Shown here piece after piece: positions 1 through 12,693 of a stretch of 64,000 nt of DNA. The position numbers and the translations under genes are program-made. How positions within the stretch are numbered: position 1 is the stretch's first letter; each line of letters opens with the position of its first letter. The DNA is from Bispira polyomma (Eukaryota). Where the stretch lies: assembly GCA_965649765.1 (NCBI GenBank), contig OZ287751.1, positions 62,496,001 through 62,560,000 on the forward strand, written 5' to 3'. A model generated the notes under the pieces. It was not told the origin of the DNA and searched no databases. It worked only from the letters and a program-made list of their open reading frames with translations.

Positions 1-1729
1 GGTTCTTTTTTTGTTTTACTAAAATAAAAGTATACTTAAATCAGTGCGCATGAAGAACCTGATGTAAAAGAACTTCCTATATAAAAGCTGTCGACTCTTA
101 TCTCACAATGTTATTTCCTGTGATATTTAGTAAATTACAAGTGTATCATGTTTTTGGTAATGAAAAAGGGGGAGGGGGAGGGGGGGGGGGAGCCTGAGGT
201 AAATGTAGATTTTTAACATCAACAAACATGCTAGTATCAGTTAAAAGACTCCATTCGTGGTTAATACAACCACCTGCAGTTTATAACAACCATAACAGAT
301 ATTTTGTAAAAACAGAAGGTTAAACTGGGCAACTAATAAAAGACTGATCTGTGTATAGTTTACGTATGTGGAATCAGGTACGTGTTTGTTTGTTTGTTTG
401 TTTGTTTTTTGTTTGTTTTTTTTTTTTTATTTGTACTCTCTTCTGATAAATAACAACAAATTGAGAAAAGTAAAAACATAACACATGTTGCCTGCTAATA
501 AATCAGAACCCTACATTCCTGCATTGATTTCAGTTGAATTAATTAATATCCCAGTCGGAGTTGAATACATGTCGAGTAATTTATGACCACCAAACTGTCA
601 CATGGGAAGGACATGTGTTTTTGTATAGGTTTGACCACTGCTTATGTACGTGTACAGAGCTATTGTTTCAAGAATCACAGAATCTGAAATTATATTCAAA
701 GCCTACCTCACAGTCATAGACTGGGGTACAATTCTAGATCCTTCTCGTGGAGAGAAACTTTGGTATAACCAGTAACCCATTTCTTGTAGAATCCCTTGTC
801 TACCCTCCTGATGACCACATTCTCACAATATCAAACAAAAGAGGGATATCCTGGTACAACCTAAAGTTACCATGGCCTGTAGCCCATTCAATGATTTATT
901 ATATAAAGCTGACCACTAACCCTGCCAATAAAATAGCATGTATCTGTGGCCCACATCAAAGGCTACCATAAAGTCGCCACTGTAGTCGAGATAACCAACA
1001 ACCCACCCCAAAGTGTGGTTACCTGGTCAAGGGTTAATGTAACATGACATTGACATATATGACCTACATTCTTTAAAGGGCAACATATGCAACTTGCCAT
1101 TTGACCTGAAAAAAAAATAATTCAAATAACCCAATCAAGGGCTATAATAAAGATGACAAGATAGTCCAAACTATTAATCTTTTACTTGGATGTTTACTCA
1201 TTAAATACTTTCCATGCACCAATACTCACTGCAATATACATCACATTTTAACTTTCCAATAATTTGTAAGAGTGACAAGGGACAAAGTGAAGATTATGGT
1301 GGGCATTAAACCTGAGAAACAAGGTTCATCAATGGAAATAGTCTTAGGTAGAGTAGTAGCAGTGTTTACTAAGACGAAGTTTCGAGGATGAAGAAATGTT
1401 ACTTGTGGTTGCAGTGGTGGTGGTGATTGTTGTGGGGAAGGCTGGGTGGATGCCTTTATCACACTGGAGTCGACCCTAGTTCGGGGTTCGAAGGTACAAG
1501 CAGATATATATTGGCTTGGATGGTCTCTTAAAATGCTGGTCTTCTGTCACTGGGTCCTATCATCAGTGATAAGTTAAAGATGCTAGGTCATGTTCATAAA
1601 TGGTTATCCTAAAGCTTCTGTCTTCAGATAGGAGAGTGACAGTTACTGATTCTGGTTGGCTGTACTGGAGTATTCAAGAAAAGTTAATTAGGGGTTTAAA
1701 TACCAGACAAGTGGTTGTGTATTAAATTG

Positions 1730-1854
1730 CAGTCAGAATCTCGCCCAGGGGTAAAATATAACAAAGGAAAGAGTTTGCGACTTGGGATTCTATTTTTATT
1801 AATCTCTAACAGTTAGTTCTAGCATATGGTTTACAAACAAGGGGAAAATAACCC
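1730..1854 (-). repeat. Terminal direct repeat B2 of Ngaro element
   Basis: Near-identical to 2187-2311 (cagtcagaatctcgcccaggggtaaaa...ggggaaaata). Confidence 0.92.
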
Positions 1855-2186
1855 CAATATAAGTAGCTAAAACACTTAAAATGACATGTGGTTAACACGT
1901 AAGAGGAAAGATAGCCCCACATAAAACAATACTTCAATTCATAACCCAATTCAATAAGAAACTAAAACACATGTAAAACACATCTTACATATTATAATCA
2001 CTTGGTGGCAAAGCACCAGGAACAGGGTGGGTGTGGTCTGGGATTCAAATAGTTCAAATAAAATTCAATATAATGAAGTGGAGGAGCAATGCAGTGGTTT
2101 ATATATGGGGTGGTCAGCCCCCATTGGTCAAGAGTGGACGAGGAGATTCTGACTGAAGGTAATAAGCTTTACGTTTATTACCCCCA

Positions 2187-2311
2187 CAGTCAGAATCTCG
2201 CCCAGGGGTAAAAGATAACAAAGGAAAGAGTTTGCGACTTGGGATTCTATTTTTAGTAATTTCTAACAGTTAGTTCTAGCATATGGTTTACAAACAAGGG
2301 GAAAATAGCCC
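2187..2311 (-). repeat. Internal direct repeat B1 of Ngaro element
   Basis: Near-identical to 1730-1854; directly follows the YR stop codon on the minus strand. Confidence 0.92.
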
Positions 2312-2328
2312 AAGCCCAAAAGAAGCAT

Positions 2329-3290
2329 TTATGTAGGAGGATTTAGTAAACTTTGGAAAGTAAGGGGAACAGTGTTACTCTGTGAGGTATGGGTACTAAT
2401 ATAAGACCAGACTGCATCGCGCCTCCAAGTACCATGCATACATATGCTATCCATGTCTACATTGACATCATATGTCAGGGTAGCCGCAGAGCGGTGAAAT
2501 GTATGAAACCCATGCCCTAACAATGGCACCTGCATTACTCTGAGAATTGAGGCTAACCTGCGCCTAAGCATAGACTGTTTCAACAACTCATAGTTATCAG
2601 TAATAAGGAGAGGATCCTGGGGTGAGAACTTGAATTATTCCAGCAGTAACTTAAGGGTCTGCACAGGGCACATAAGATGGTTCTGTATGGAAGGCAATTT
2701 GATGACATGTGGTTGGTTGGGGGCCTGCAAGTTTTTGGCCCATTTCAAGGAGATGTGGGCCCCAGGGTATTCAAATGTGACATCCTGCCTACAAATATTC
2801 CTGGTGGGATCATATTGGGTGCTGGAGGCTGGAGCAATATTCGATATCCTAAGAAAGCCATAAAAGGCAAGTAGGAAGGCAGCATGGTATGTGAATGAAC
2901 ACTACAGAGCTGTGAGATTTCTTTTATTTGGTGAAGTGAGAAAATACCTTTACTCCTTACAGGACGAGGTCCTGTGAGCATGAGGGACTCGAGGAATTTC
3001 TTGACCATAGGTGCCACAAACACCATGTATGGAAGAGAATACTTTATAAAATGGAATTTTACTGTTAAAATGTAATTCAAGGCCACCCTATAGGTGACAC
3101 TTTGGGATGCCAGAAACTCGAGAAACATGAGAATTGTTGCTTCTGAAGACCAATCGTTAATTCGATGGGCCACCTTAAATGCTACAAACAACCTGAACTG
3201 ACTCTTATACTGCCTTTGTGTATTAAGACCCACAGCATGCTGAGATATCTGCATTGCTGCATCCAACATGGGTAGCAGATGAGGTGACAC
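2329..3290 (-). pseudogene. Tyrosine recombinase of Ngaro element (frameshifted)
   Basis: N-terminal T..QY..QFRLF SAM-like region; catalytic-end motifs FHTFHRSAAT and HGTWRRDAVWSY. Confidence 0.85.
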
Positions 3291-3298
3291 ACCTACAA

Positions 3299-5343
3299 TT
3301 AAAAATCAAACAAGAACATCATGTCCCTGTGTACACAATCTATAACACTTTGACTGAAATCCCTTTTGACTTGCATTTGGCTACAACGAGACAACTTGTC
3401 TGCCACTTGATTCAATTTACCTGGTATATGGGACACTCTCAACTTAATATTGTATTTTGCTACTATAAGCCAAATATTTCTAAGGACTAATGCCAGAAAG
3501 GCATCCTTAGTTTTGCCAGTAGTGACTACACTGACTGCACTTTCATTATCACAATGAATATGGATGGCCGAATTTTCCCACTGTGTGCCCCACAAACGCA
3601 GGGCCACCAAAACATTGTCAATTTCATAATGGGTAATGGACAAAATATTCAAAATTGGAGGGGAATGGGGACAGTATACACATGCTCATTCCATACACCA
3701 CCTAGCCTTGACAATGTAGCGTCTACAAAGACCTCATCAGAACGAGATTCACGCTGGTAAAACACTTTACCATTAAAATTCTGTAAGAAAACTATAAACC
3801 ATAGAATGTCTCCTCTGTATGCTTCGTCAGCAGTGAAAATTTTCTTATCCTTATTTGCCCTAAGTAAGGCCAGTAACCTATTTACAAAATCTTGTGATCC
3901 AGGAACACATCTAGATATGTATAACAATTTGCCCAACAGTTATTGAAGTGACACCTTAGTTGCTTGGTGGGCTATGATACTACTCTTACAAATGGTCATA
4001 ATGTCTTCATTTTTTTCAGGGGAAATACTAAACTCACGTTTGACTACGTCAACTTGTATGCCCATGATGGTAATACACTTAGTGGGGGAAACAATTTTCT
4101 TTGGGTTTAGAGGAAAACCTAGTGATTTAATGACTGAAAGTAGAGTTTCAAAAGCAGTTTCTGAGTGATCCTTATGGCAAACTGCATAAATATCATCGAT
4201 ATAATTATAGACTGTGTATCCATGTAAGCTCATGATGTACCTTATAAAATCCGAACAACGCTGAAAGATAGAAGTGCCATGGACGGCCCCAAAGGGCAAA
4301 TTTCAATCCAGATAGTACTTCCCATCCCATGAGAGGCCCAGATGTAAGGCATCAGCAGGGTCCATTCTGATGTTACGAAATGCTCTAGAAATATCTGCCT
4401 TATATAATCTAGCTTGATCCCCTAGGTGAACAAGCTGTGGGACAAGATCATTGATATGGGGGAGAACTAAGGTGAAATCAACGCCGTCATATTTGTCCTT
4501 ACACGTGGCTTTATTGACTGAGGTGTCCCCATAAGAAAGGTCTAAAATTACCCTTTTTGCAGAGCCCCTGTCTTTATCCCTGGTCATTAAAGGGGCCCAA
4601 GTGAACTTCTCGTGGGGAGTTTCACCAAAAGGACCTAAGAAAGCTCCCTCTTGCAATTCAGTAGAAATATACTTCTCTATGGCTGTGGGTTCACACTTAG
4701 CAGAATGGTGGTTTTCCAGTGCAGTACTGGTGATTTGATTACCTGTGGCTAAACCCAAGGGAAACCCATATTTGATGTAACCAAAAAGCCTCTGGTCATG
4801 ATAACCCGTTCTATATTTACACCACTCCTGCCACTGCAGGCCTGAGGGGAGGGGGAATCTGCAACCTTTATAGTTGGGGACACCTGAGGTTCTGATTTGC
4901 TCAGCCACATATGTGTAATGTTCTAATTTATCTATGTCCATTTGTGGCCCTTCGGGGGCATATACTGCAGAAGTATCACCTGCTACAAAGCCAAGCTTTC
5001 TATTAAATGAAACTTTATTCTTGAATATAACATTCTTGTCTGAGCCCCAGTGTACGGGAGACCTGCTCTGCCGACGTGTGCTCTGGGGTGTATGGCCTAA
5101 AAGACCATTTGCTAAAAGACCATTTGCTACGGGCTGTGAGCTCGTGACATTACAATTACACAAGTTAAATTTGACACATTCGGGGGTACAAAGTCTAAAG
5201 AGGGGAGTCCCCACAAATGCACTCACTTTTACATCTTTAACGTTATTATATGGTCCGTACTTATGAATACTAGAAATAAGGTTATATGATTCATTAACTG
5301 ATAGTCTCATGCCTGTACTAATACGAATACGAGATGAGGCCAT
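3299..5343 (-). pseudogene. Reverse transcriptase/RNase H of Ngaro element
   Basis: RT motifs KADISRAFR, LPFG, NYIDD; RNase H motifs FVDAT, HYE, HCDN, HIPGKLNQVADKLSR. In-frame stops at 4303-4305 and 3940-3942 and a frameshift near 3650. Confidence 0.9.
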
Positions 5344-5464
5344 TGTACAAGTAGAACACCCGCCACCACTAAGCTTAACTAAATTAGAGTCTCGTTGTGA
5401 TAAATCAATGCAGCCATGCTGTCCCTATTCTGTGTCAAACTTCTTCTTGTTCTGGCATTCTGGT

Positions 5465-6205
5465 TCAGTGTGGTTGTGCCCCACGTTTCAGCACTTTGAA
5501 GCAATAATAACAAACGTGTTTAAACAACGTTTGGTCTGAGCTGTCGTGATGATCACTAGAATGAGAGCATGAGCCCTCATTCCACCATTTACATGCTACC
5601 TTCTTACTGGTGGATGACGTGGAAGAAGTGGTTGCAGGGGTGGGTTTCGACAGCGTGACCGACCCACTAAAAACGGCAGACTGGGAATAGGTAAGTCTAT
5701 TGTCCCCCAGGATGCGCGTATCAGTCCAGTTGACAGAGCCATCCTCAATCTGGTGCATGCTTACAGCAAAAGCCCCTCTGCCAATATACCATGACAGATT
5801 CTCCCCAAGTTTGATTGTTTCCCTCATTTCAATTAACATAGCCCTGCTAATGGTGGGATCGGGTGTGTCCAAAATGTTCTTTACCTGGCCTATTACAAAG
5901 TTACCCATGGATAAATCGTCAAAAGTTTGGCGTTTCCCATTCGGGCCTGTTAGGCAGGCTTCATTTGGCCATCTCATATGGGCAGAGACATGAGAGGTTT
6001 CAGTGATGTTATACCCACCAGTCTTACGACGACACCCACCTTGTCCAATTTCTAGCTTGACTCGCGCTTCCAAGGCAGCTATGCGCTCATCAACCAGCAT
6101 CTGGACCACTTCCAGGGCACGTTTCCTCTGGTCACCTACTGGCGTGTGCGTGGTAGTACAGGTCGGGTACTGTGATTGTACCTGGACAGGTCGTCCAAAC
6201 TGATC
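5465..6205 (-). pseudogene. Gag-like ORF of Ngaro element (N-terminus missing)
   Basis: C-terminal Cys/His finger CKWWNEGSC...HVCYYC...H; lies immediately upstream of the RT. Confidence 0.7.
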
Positions 6206-7288
6206 TCTGTGTGTAATACAGTAGAAGACACGTTTATACTGCAATTAAAATATTTGCAGTCCTTTGTAAACAATGATAAAGATGTTTAACTGTCTGCAAA
6301 TATAAATATGCAAAAATGTAAAAGGGAAAAAAACATTTGCAGCATATCGATGTTTAAATAATGAAAATCTCACTTTATTTGGATGTTAATTTCATCATTG
6401 TCTGCTGGTTTGTTTGTTTGTTTGTCACCAGGTTTACACACAGACTACTTAACCAGTTACATGACTTTTTAAAAAACGTTTTGGCACTTCAGGGGAGGTA
6501 TGCACTCTACTGGGTGTTCTTCTACTTTCAATAATATTATTATTATTACATTTATGCATGCAGTCCTGTGTCTGACTAATGCAGTTATCACTAACCAACA
6601 CCCCCCCCCCTCTCCCCTCCACATAACCCCCCCCCCCCCCCCCCCCCTCACAAACACACACACTCACACAATGCTAATTCCACAAACACCTTTGCAGAGA
6701 CAGATAAATGGGGTTTATTCTTTCAGTAAGCTGACCCTTCCTGGTCACTGAATAATTCACAGCTCCCAGTCAGAACTTCCCCATTTACACTAGCTCATCA
6801 AAAAAAGAGGACTAGGGCTTAATCCAATATCCGCTCCAGACACAGAGCAAAATTCTAGGTTTTCACAAGAGAAACATCCACCATAATTTTGTCACAATAC
6901 AGAACCAAAATCCAATCACCTGAAACCCCATGCCCTCTAAAATCTATGGCTTAGCCTTTCTTATGCCCGTGTTTGTACAGATGTATGGCGGTGCTTTATT
7001 TTATTTGGGGTACTGACTGAAGTGGTAATGTATCCATAATTATTTGTATTACACTGGCGTCTAATTTTATAAAATAAACATAAAGAACAATATGTGGATG
7101 CAAATATTACAAAATTAATTAAAATGGGTTTGACAATTGGCACCAACACATATTTAACTAATGAAAACAATAGTGAATTGTCAAATCCTGCCAGATATTT
7201 TAAAGATGTATACTATAGCTTGTATAACACTTGGCAAGATATGCTGTTTATGACAGTTATGACAAGTAAGTTTTTCTATATTTCATTT

Positions 7289-7550
7289 AAGGGGCGTAGG
7301 CGGCTTGGTGGTTAGAAAGCGCTGGCTTTACAATCATTGGTCTCTCACAAGTGCTTTACAATCACTGGTCCCTCACCAATGTGGGTTCGAATTCCGCGTG
7401 TTTCCGTCATGTGGTAAAGTTTGTTAGGTACTTGCCATAGGTCGGTGGTTTACAATGCTTCAGCACTGGTTTTTTCCATCACTAATTTGGTCGGTTGTGA
7501 TTCGACCAAAGCTGTTAAGAAAACGACCTAAAACCCAACTAATTTCAAAA
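7289..7550 (+). mobile_element. tRNA-derived SINE, family B
   Basis: A-box-like ggcttggtgg and B-box-like ggttcgaattcc; body catgtgg..aaagtttg...ggtcggtggttt and tail accaaagctgtt...aaaacccaa are shared with the copies at 44560, 45590 and 59580. Confidence 0.75.
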
Positions 7551-9557
7551 TTGAATCCATCATATCCCATGTCACTGTTGTCAACATTTGTACTTGCAGT
7601 GCACTCGCTGGAGGACGGTGGTATGTATAGCAAAACCTCAACAATTAAACTATCTTGTCCTGATTTCCTCCACCAGTGAACTGTCCGTCGTTATAACGCA
7701 TGATTTAAATCGTTTCGCTTTTTGGATACCAGCTCCTTGGCGCTTTATAAATGTTTCAATTATTATTATAAAACATGTTAAAAGCTATCTTAAACCACCT
7801 CCACCACCCACTTCATCAGCCCTCCAGAAATAAAAAAAAAACATACAGATAGAAAAACTAAACCCTTTTGGGGGGGCTTTTGACCTGTTTGCGCCTTGGA
7901 GAAAGACTTAATGGTCCCTCTGTGCAGTCCCTGAATGACTCTTCTGACCTCAATAAATATCACCACCAACCCAGATTGCAGACACAAGTACACACACAGA
8001 GACACACCCACAAACAACCATACATACAGAGAGAGGGGTGAGAGTAACAAAACCAGAGAAAATTGGGTCATTTAATAGTAATTACCTGTATTGATCTAAG
8101 TATTGTACACTCACCTGCCACATAAAGACAGGGTTCCGTCCCCACAGCACGTTAAACAGGTTCCTGTTTCTCGGCAGGGGTACATCTGTGTGTGTGTGTG
8201 TTTGTTTGTCGTTTAGCCAGATCGTTGATTATTAATTAGGGCGACAAAGGCTGTGCTGCATATATATGGTAGAAAAAGAATATTACCCCTCCCCCATTCT
8301 ATGTTGACATATTTGTTGAACCTGGAAACAACCCGTGTGGGCGAAAACTAACGAATTTGTCATCTTTAATGATACTTTTGTATCACCAATAAACCTCTAG
8401 ATTGGGGAGCACACAGGACGAGTCATTATATGTAAAAAAAAAGTAGTGTAGGTCTGTGCACTTTCATTACGAAACATAAAAGACAAAACTACAAAAAAAA
8501 TGTTGCACTGCTTCAAAAGACTTTGTGTTTTAATGGCACCACAGTTGTTGTATCTTTATTAGTAAAATGACTGCTTGGCAGTATATATTGATTCTGATGC
8601 CGCCTAGAAGGCATTAGAAAACATTCTCTGCTTCCCCCCCCCCCACCCCCCAATTACACACATAGCTACTGCCATTTGTGTATAAAAAACCACAAACAGC
8701 TGATTATTGTGTGGCAGTCAAAGATAGCCACTAAAAAGGTAGCTACATTATTATTATTACTATGATTGGAGCTTGTGGGGGAAATGGGAGGAGGTGGATA
8801 AATGGGGGGCGACGAGCTCAGACACAGGGAAACCTAAATCCCTTTTTTCACCCCCCTATTCTCACCGTACACTCACATACGTACACACACACACACACAC
8901 ACACCAAGCAACGGGTTTTCCTGCCGAACTCTCGCTGATACTGTTTCTCCTCTTGTTTCACTCTCTGTCTCTCTCTCTCTCTCCAAGGAAGATAAATTAA
9001 TAGTTTGGCAGAATTGCAGAATGGAATAACACACAGTGGGGAGATGGAATGTGATGGAGTAGGAAATGTATAATAAATAGCATATGATAACGTGCAGGGA
9101 TTTTAGGGATATAAACGGTGACTCTTGTGAACGATGATGAGTGAACAGTGTTTATTCTGCCACTATAGCTAGCTAGTGTGCTGGGGTGCCTGTCTATAAT
9201 AATATAAAGGTGCTATCATTTGGTGGGCAACATGCACTGCCTGAGTATATTAATGCAGTGTTTTGTGGAGCAGGGTATATGGATATACATGTGTGTGTGT
9301 GTGAGATATGATGAAATGAGTATGCTATCATCAGCATATTAATAAGAGACAGAAGACATGCATTTTAACAATTTGTATGTGTGGACACACCTGTCAAACA
9401 GAAAAAGGGTGGGTTTGTGTGTTATTCTAATTTGACGTCATCTAGTATATATCTGTGCTATGTAATAAAGATTCATTTGACAGCAACGAGAATAATAATG
9501 GGATATTATACTGACTTCAAATAAGATAAAATAACAATAATTAAAACTGATAAATAT

Positions 9558-9558
9558 G

Positions 9559-9635
<77 letters not shown>
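9558..9635. repeat. (TA)n microsatellite
   Basis: Long TA run flanked by TATG units. Confidence 0.95.
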
Positions 9636-9637
<2 letters not shown>

Positions 9638-10431
9638 AGAGTATACAGTCATGAAATAGTTGCTATGTATGTTGTTTCCTACTACTAGGAAATGCAGCTT
9701 GAAGGAAGAAAAATCATTAATGGGCTCGCCGCTTGTGACTGGCTTTCTGTTGTTTTTAAATGTACCAGTCCTATTGCTAATAACGAGAGCATTGATTTTT
9801 AACTCAAGATAGCCATTATATAACGGTGTGTGTAAACCTATAGTGGTGGGAAAGGGAGAAGGAGTCAGCTGTGAGCAAAAAGATGTGTGGCATTGCACAC
9901 AACAAAAGAACAATATATAGAGAAAAACAGGAACCAATATATAGGCTTCTTAAATTACACATCTTCTGTGAGTATTATAACTGATGGCTGTATGGATATA
10001 TACAAATATGGCAATACTAACATTTTATAAAATGACATAATCATAATTGTGGAAATACAATGAAACAGAAAATGGGAATTGCAAACTGAAATAGAAAAAC
10101 TGGCAAGGTTGTGTAAGAACTGTACATATATGTATATATATATATATAATACATGTACATATATATGTGCCAAAAGGACACAACAAGGATAGAAAAAACA
10201 ACCCCCGAGTCATCTGGCTGGCCAGAGTGCAATCAATGCAGTTTTACAAGGTTACAGTTTGGTAATGGTTTGACGGTGCCATGATTGAGCGACACATCTA
10301 TCACCCCTATTTCTCTGACTACAGTATGGCTACAAGCATCGACAACCAGCCTAATGTTATTAAGAACTGTCCCATGGACATCATTAGCACTGGCAGAGAC
10401 TAGGGCAGTCGGTAGGTAGAGTGCCAATACT

Positions 10432-10660
10432 ATGTCCTCGGGGAATCATTGCCAGGGGATTGGGACGGAGGAAACTCTGGTCCATGATCAGGATACACCA
10501 TTGATGTCAGGTGACAAGACTCCGGCCAGCCAGAGCTGTGTCCAGATGGAGTTTCCAGAGAGTGAGGGATCGAATATTAAAGTGGATATTCCGGATAAGC
10601 CGGAGAGCGATGGATCTTCATCAACTCAGAGTACAGAGGAGGAAGAAAGTGGAGAAGAAG
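10432..10660 (+). CDS. Cav3: Predicted coding exon 1 of T-type Ca2+ channel (acidic N-terminus)
   Basis: ATG at 10432 opens MSSGNH...STEEEESGEE. Donor AAG|GTGAGG at 10660/10661 is phase 1 (229 nt), matching the phase-1 acceptor at 12693 and giving ...EEEESGEEG-HSDLPYPGY, the acidic stretch expected before the LPYP motif of Cav3. Confidence 0.75.
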
Positions 10661-10680
10661 GTGAGGAAGAATTTGTGGTT

Positions 10681-11469
10681 AGAACCTCAGTTATCTGAAC
10701 TATGTTGACTAAACAGTTTATATACAGTAGAACCTCGGTTATCTCAAATATGTTGACTGAACAGTTTATATTCAGTAGAACCTCGGTTATCTCAAATATG
10801 TTGACTGAACAGTTTATATTCAGTAGAACCTCGGTTATCTCAAATATGTTGACTGAACAGTTTATATTCAGTAGAACCTCGGTTATCTCAAATATGTTGA
10901 CTGAACAGTTTATATTCAGTAGAACCTTGGTTATCTCAAATATGTTGACTGAACAGTTTATATACAGTAGAACCTCGGTTATCTCAAATATGTTGACTGA
11001 ACAGTTTATATACAGTAGAACCTCGGTTATCTGAACTCCATTGACTGAACAGTTTATATACAGTAGAACCTCAGTTATGTGAACTACATTGACTGAACAG
11101 TTTATATACAGTAGAGCCTCAGTTATCTGAACTCCATTGACTGAACAGTTTATATACAGTAGAACCTCAGTTATCTGAACTCCATTGACTGAACAGTTTA
11201 TATACAGTAGAGCCTCAGTTATCTGGACTATGTTGACTGGACAGTTTATATACAGTAGGACCTCAGTTATCTGAACTACATTGACTGAACAGTTTATATA
11301 CAGTAGAACCTCAGTTATCTGGACTATGTTGACTGGACAGTTTATATACAGTACAACCTCAGTTATCTGGACTATGTTGACTGGACAGTTTATATACAGT
11401 ACAACCTCGGTTATCTGAACTTTGTTGACTAGACAGTTTATATACAGAAGAACCTCAGTTATCTGAACT
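10681..11469 (+). repeat. 48-bp minisatellite, about 16 copies, in the Cav3 intron
   Basis: Unit agaacctc(g/a)gttatct(caaatatg/gaactcca)ttgactgaacagtttatat(a/t)cagt; appears as a 16-aa periodicity in ORF 10702-11034. Confidence 0.97.
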
Positions 11470-12693
11470 TGTCCTGTTTCCTGAACTGTCTATATAATGA
11501 ACAAAATACCAGTCTCTTTCATAATCATATCTTTTACCTAGTGTTGGCAGGCCAATGTCTGTGTACCAATAAACGCCCACCCTGATTAGAAAAAGTGGAT
11601 ATCTTTTTTTAGGAATATCTATTTCAAACATACTTTTGGTAATGCAAATATAATAATGTTATAACTGTTTATAAACTAATTTAGTTGTTAAAGTTCTATT
11701 TGCTTTTCTGTTTTATTGACTTTGTTTTATCAGAACAAAAAATTAGTGTGTGGATACAATGAGGTTCTGTGACGGAATTAAAATCCCTTAATTGTAATAA
11801 ACTAATGTTTCTAAAGTTGTCTCTATTTTCAAAAAATATAATTAATTTTTCCATCTTTTATTGATCAAACTGACAACTATGTTTTACAATATCATACAGT
11901 AAATAAATGGGTTACAATTAAGAATAGAGCTAAATCTTTTGTGGTAACACATAGAGTAAAAATAATGTACAACCCAGTACTGAATCACACCTGTTAAAGT
12001 AGAAATCTCTTTAGTCAATTTCCATTTTATGTGGAGAAATACAAGTATTTTCACAATGGCCATTACCATTAAAATCTACAATGTTTATTGGAAATCCTGC
12101 TTAAGTAGAGATTTCTCCTGCTAGACTCCTGGTCTCTTGAGATGTGACTTCTAGGGCTTCAACTGTGTGATATTTCTTTTTGTTATGTGCACAGGCTTGT
12201 TGAGCAGATTAATAGATAGTATAGCTGTATCACACCTTTTGTCCCTACTGTCTTTTAGCTTTTCAACATAGAAAGAGGTGGCAATAAAATGACTCTACAT
12301 TCATAAAAGGGGAGATTGTTTTACCCCTTACTTGGGTTTTAAACTGTGATTTTAAAGTTCGCTGTACAGTCCACAATATCTAGAAAGCAGTGGTTATCTC
12401 AACCACTTTGAGTAGAACCTCCAAGAAACATGAAATGGAAATTGACAGAATAGAGTTCTACTTATAGGGGTAGAATAAAAAACTTAAAAGTATGTTTGCC
12501 TATAGATAAACTTTTGTTATAACTTCAGGGAATAATTTTCTTGTATTTTTTTTTGTATTTTTGAGTTTCTTTTTCTTTTTCTTTTAGTAACAAGAAAGCT
12601 TACAGGTAAAACGTCATACTGGTTGTTGAATATGGCATGTATTTCATGTGTTAGATTTCACGTTTTTACTACACCATCCCTTTTTACTTCCAG

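Larger units (their letters stand above)
1730..6205 (-). mobile_element. Ngaro-like tyrosine-recombinase (DIRS-order) retrotransposon, 5'-truncated and decayed
   Basis: Minus-strand order gag, RT/RNaseH, YR; no methyltransferase domain seen; 125-bp direct repeats at 2187-2311 and 1730-1854 (B1-A2-B2 arrangement). Confidence 0.88.

Noticed and set aside
700-1700. Possible LTR or old retroelement next to the Ngaro end
   Set aside because: No second LTR, primer-binding site or recognisable protein motif.
10702-11034. 110-aa repetitive ORF or CRISPR-like array
   Set aside because: Translation of the 48-bp minisatellite; units are head-to-tail with no unique spacers and there are no cas genes.
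12648-12693. ORF-track N-terminus MLDFTFLLHHPFLLP as the Cav3 start
   Set aside because: Non-ATG start; the sequence is the intron polypyrimidine tract ending in CAG, and the upstream exon fits in phase.
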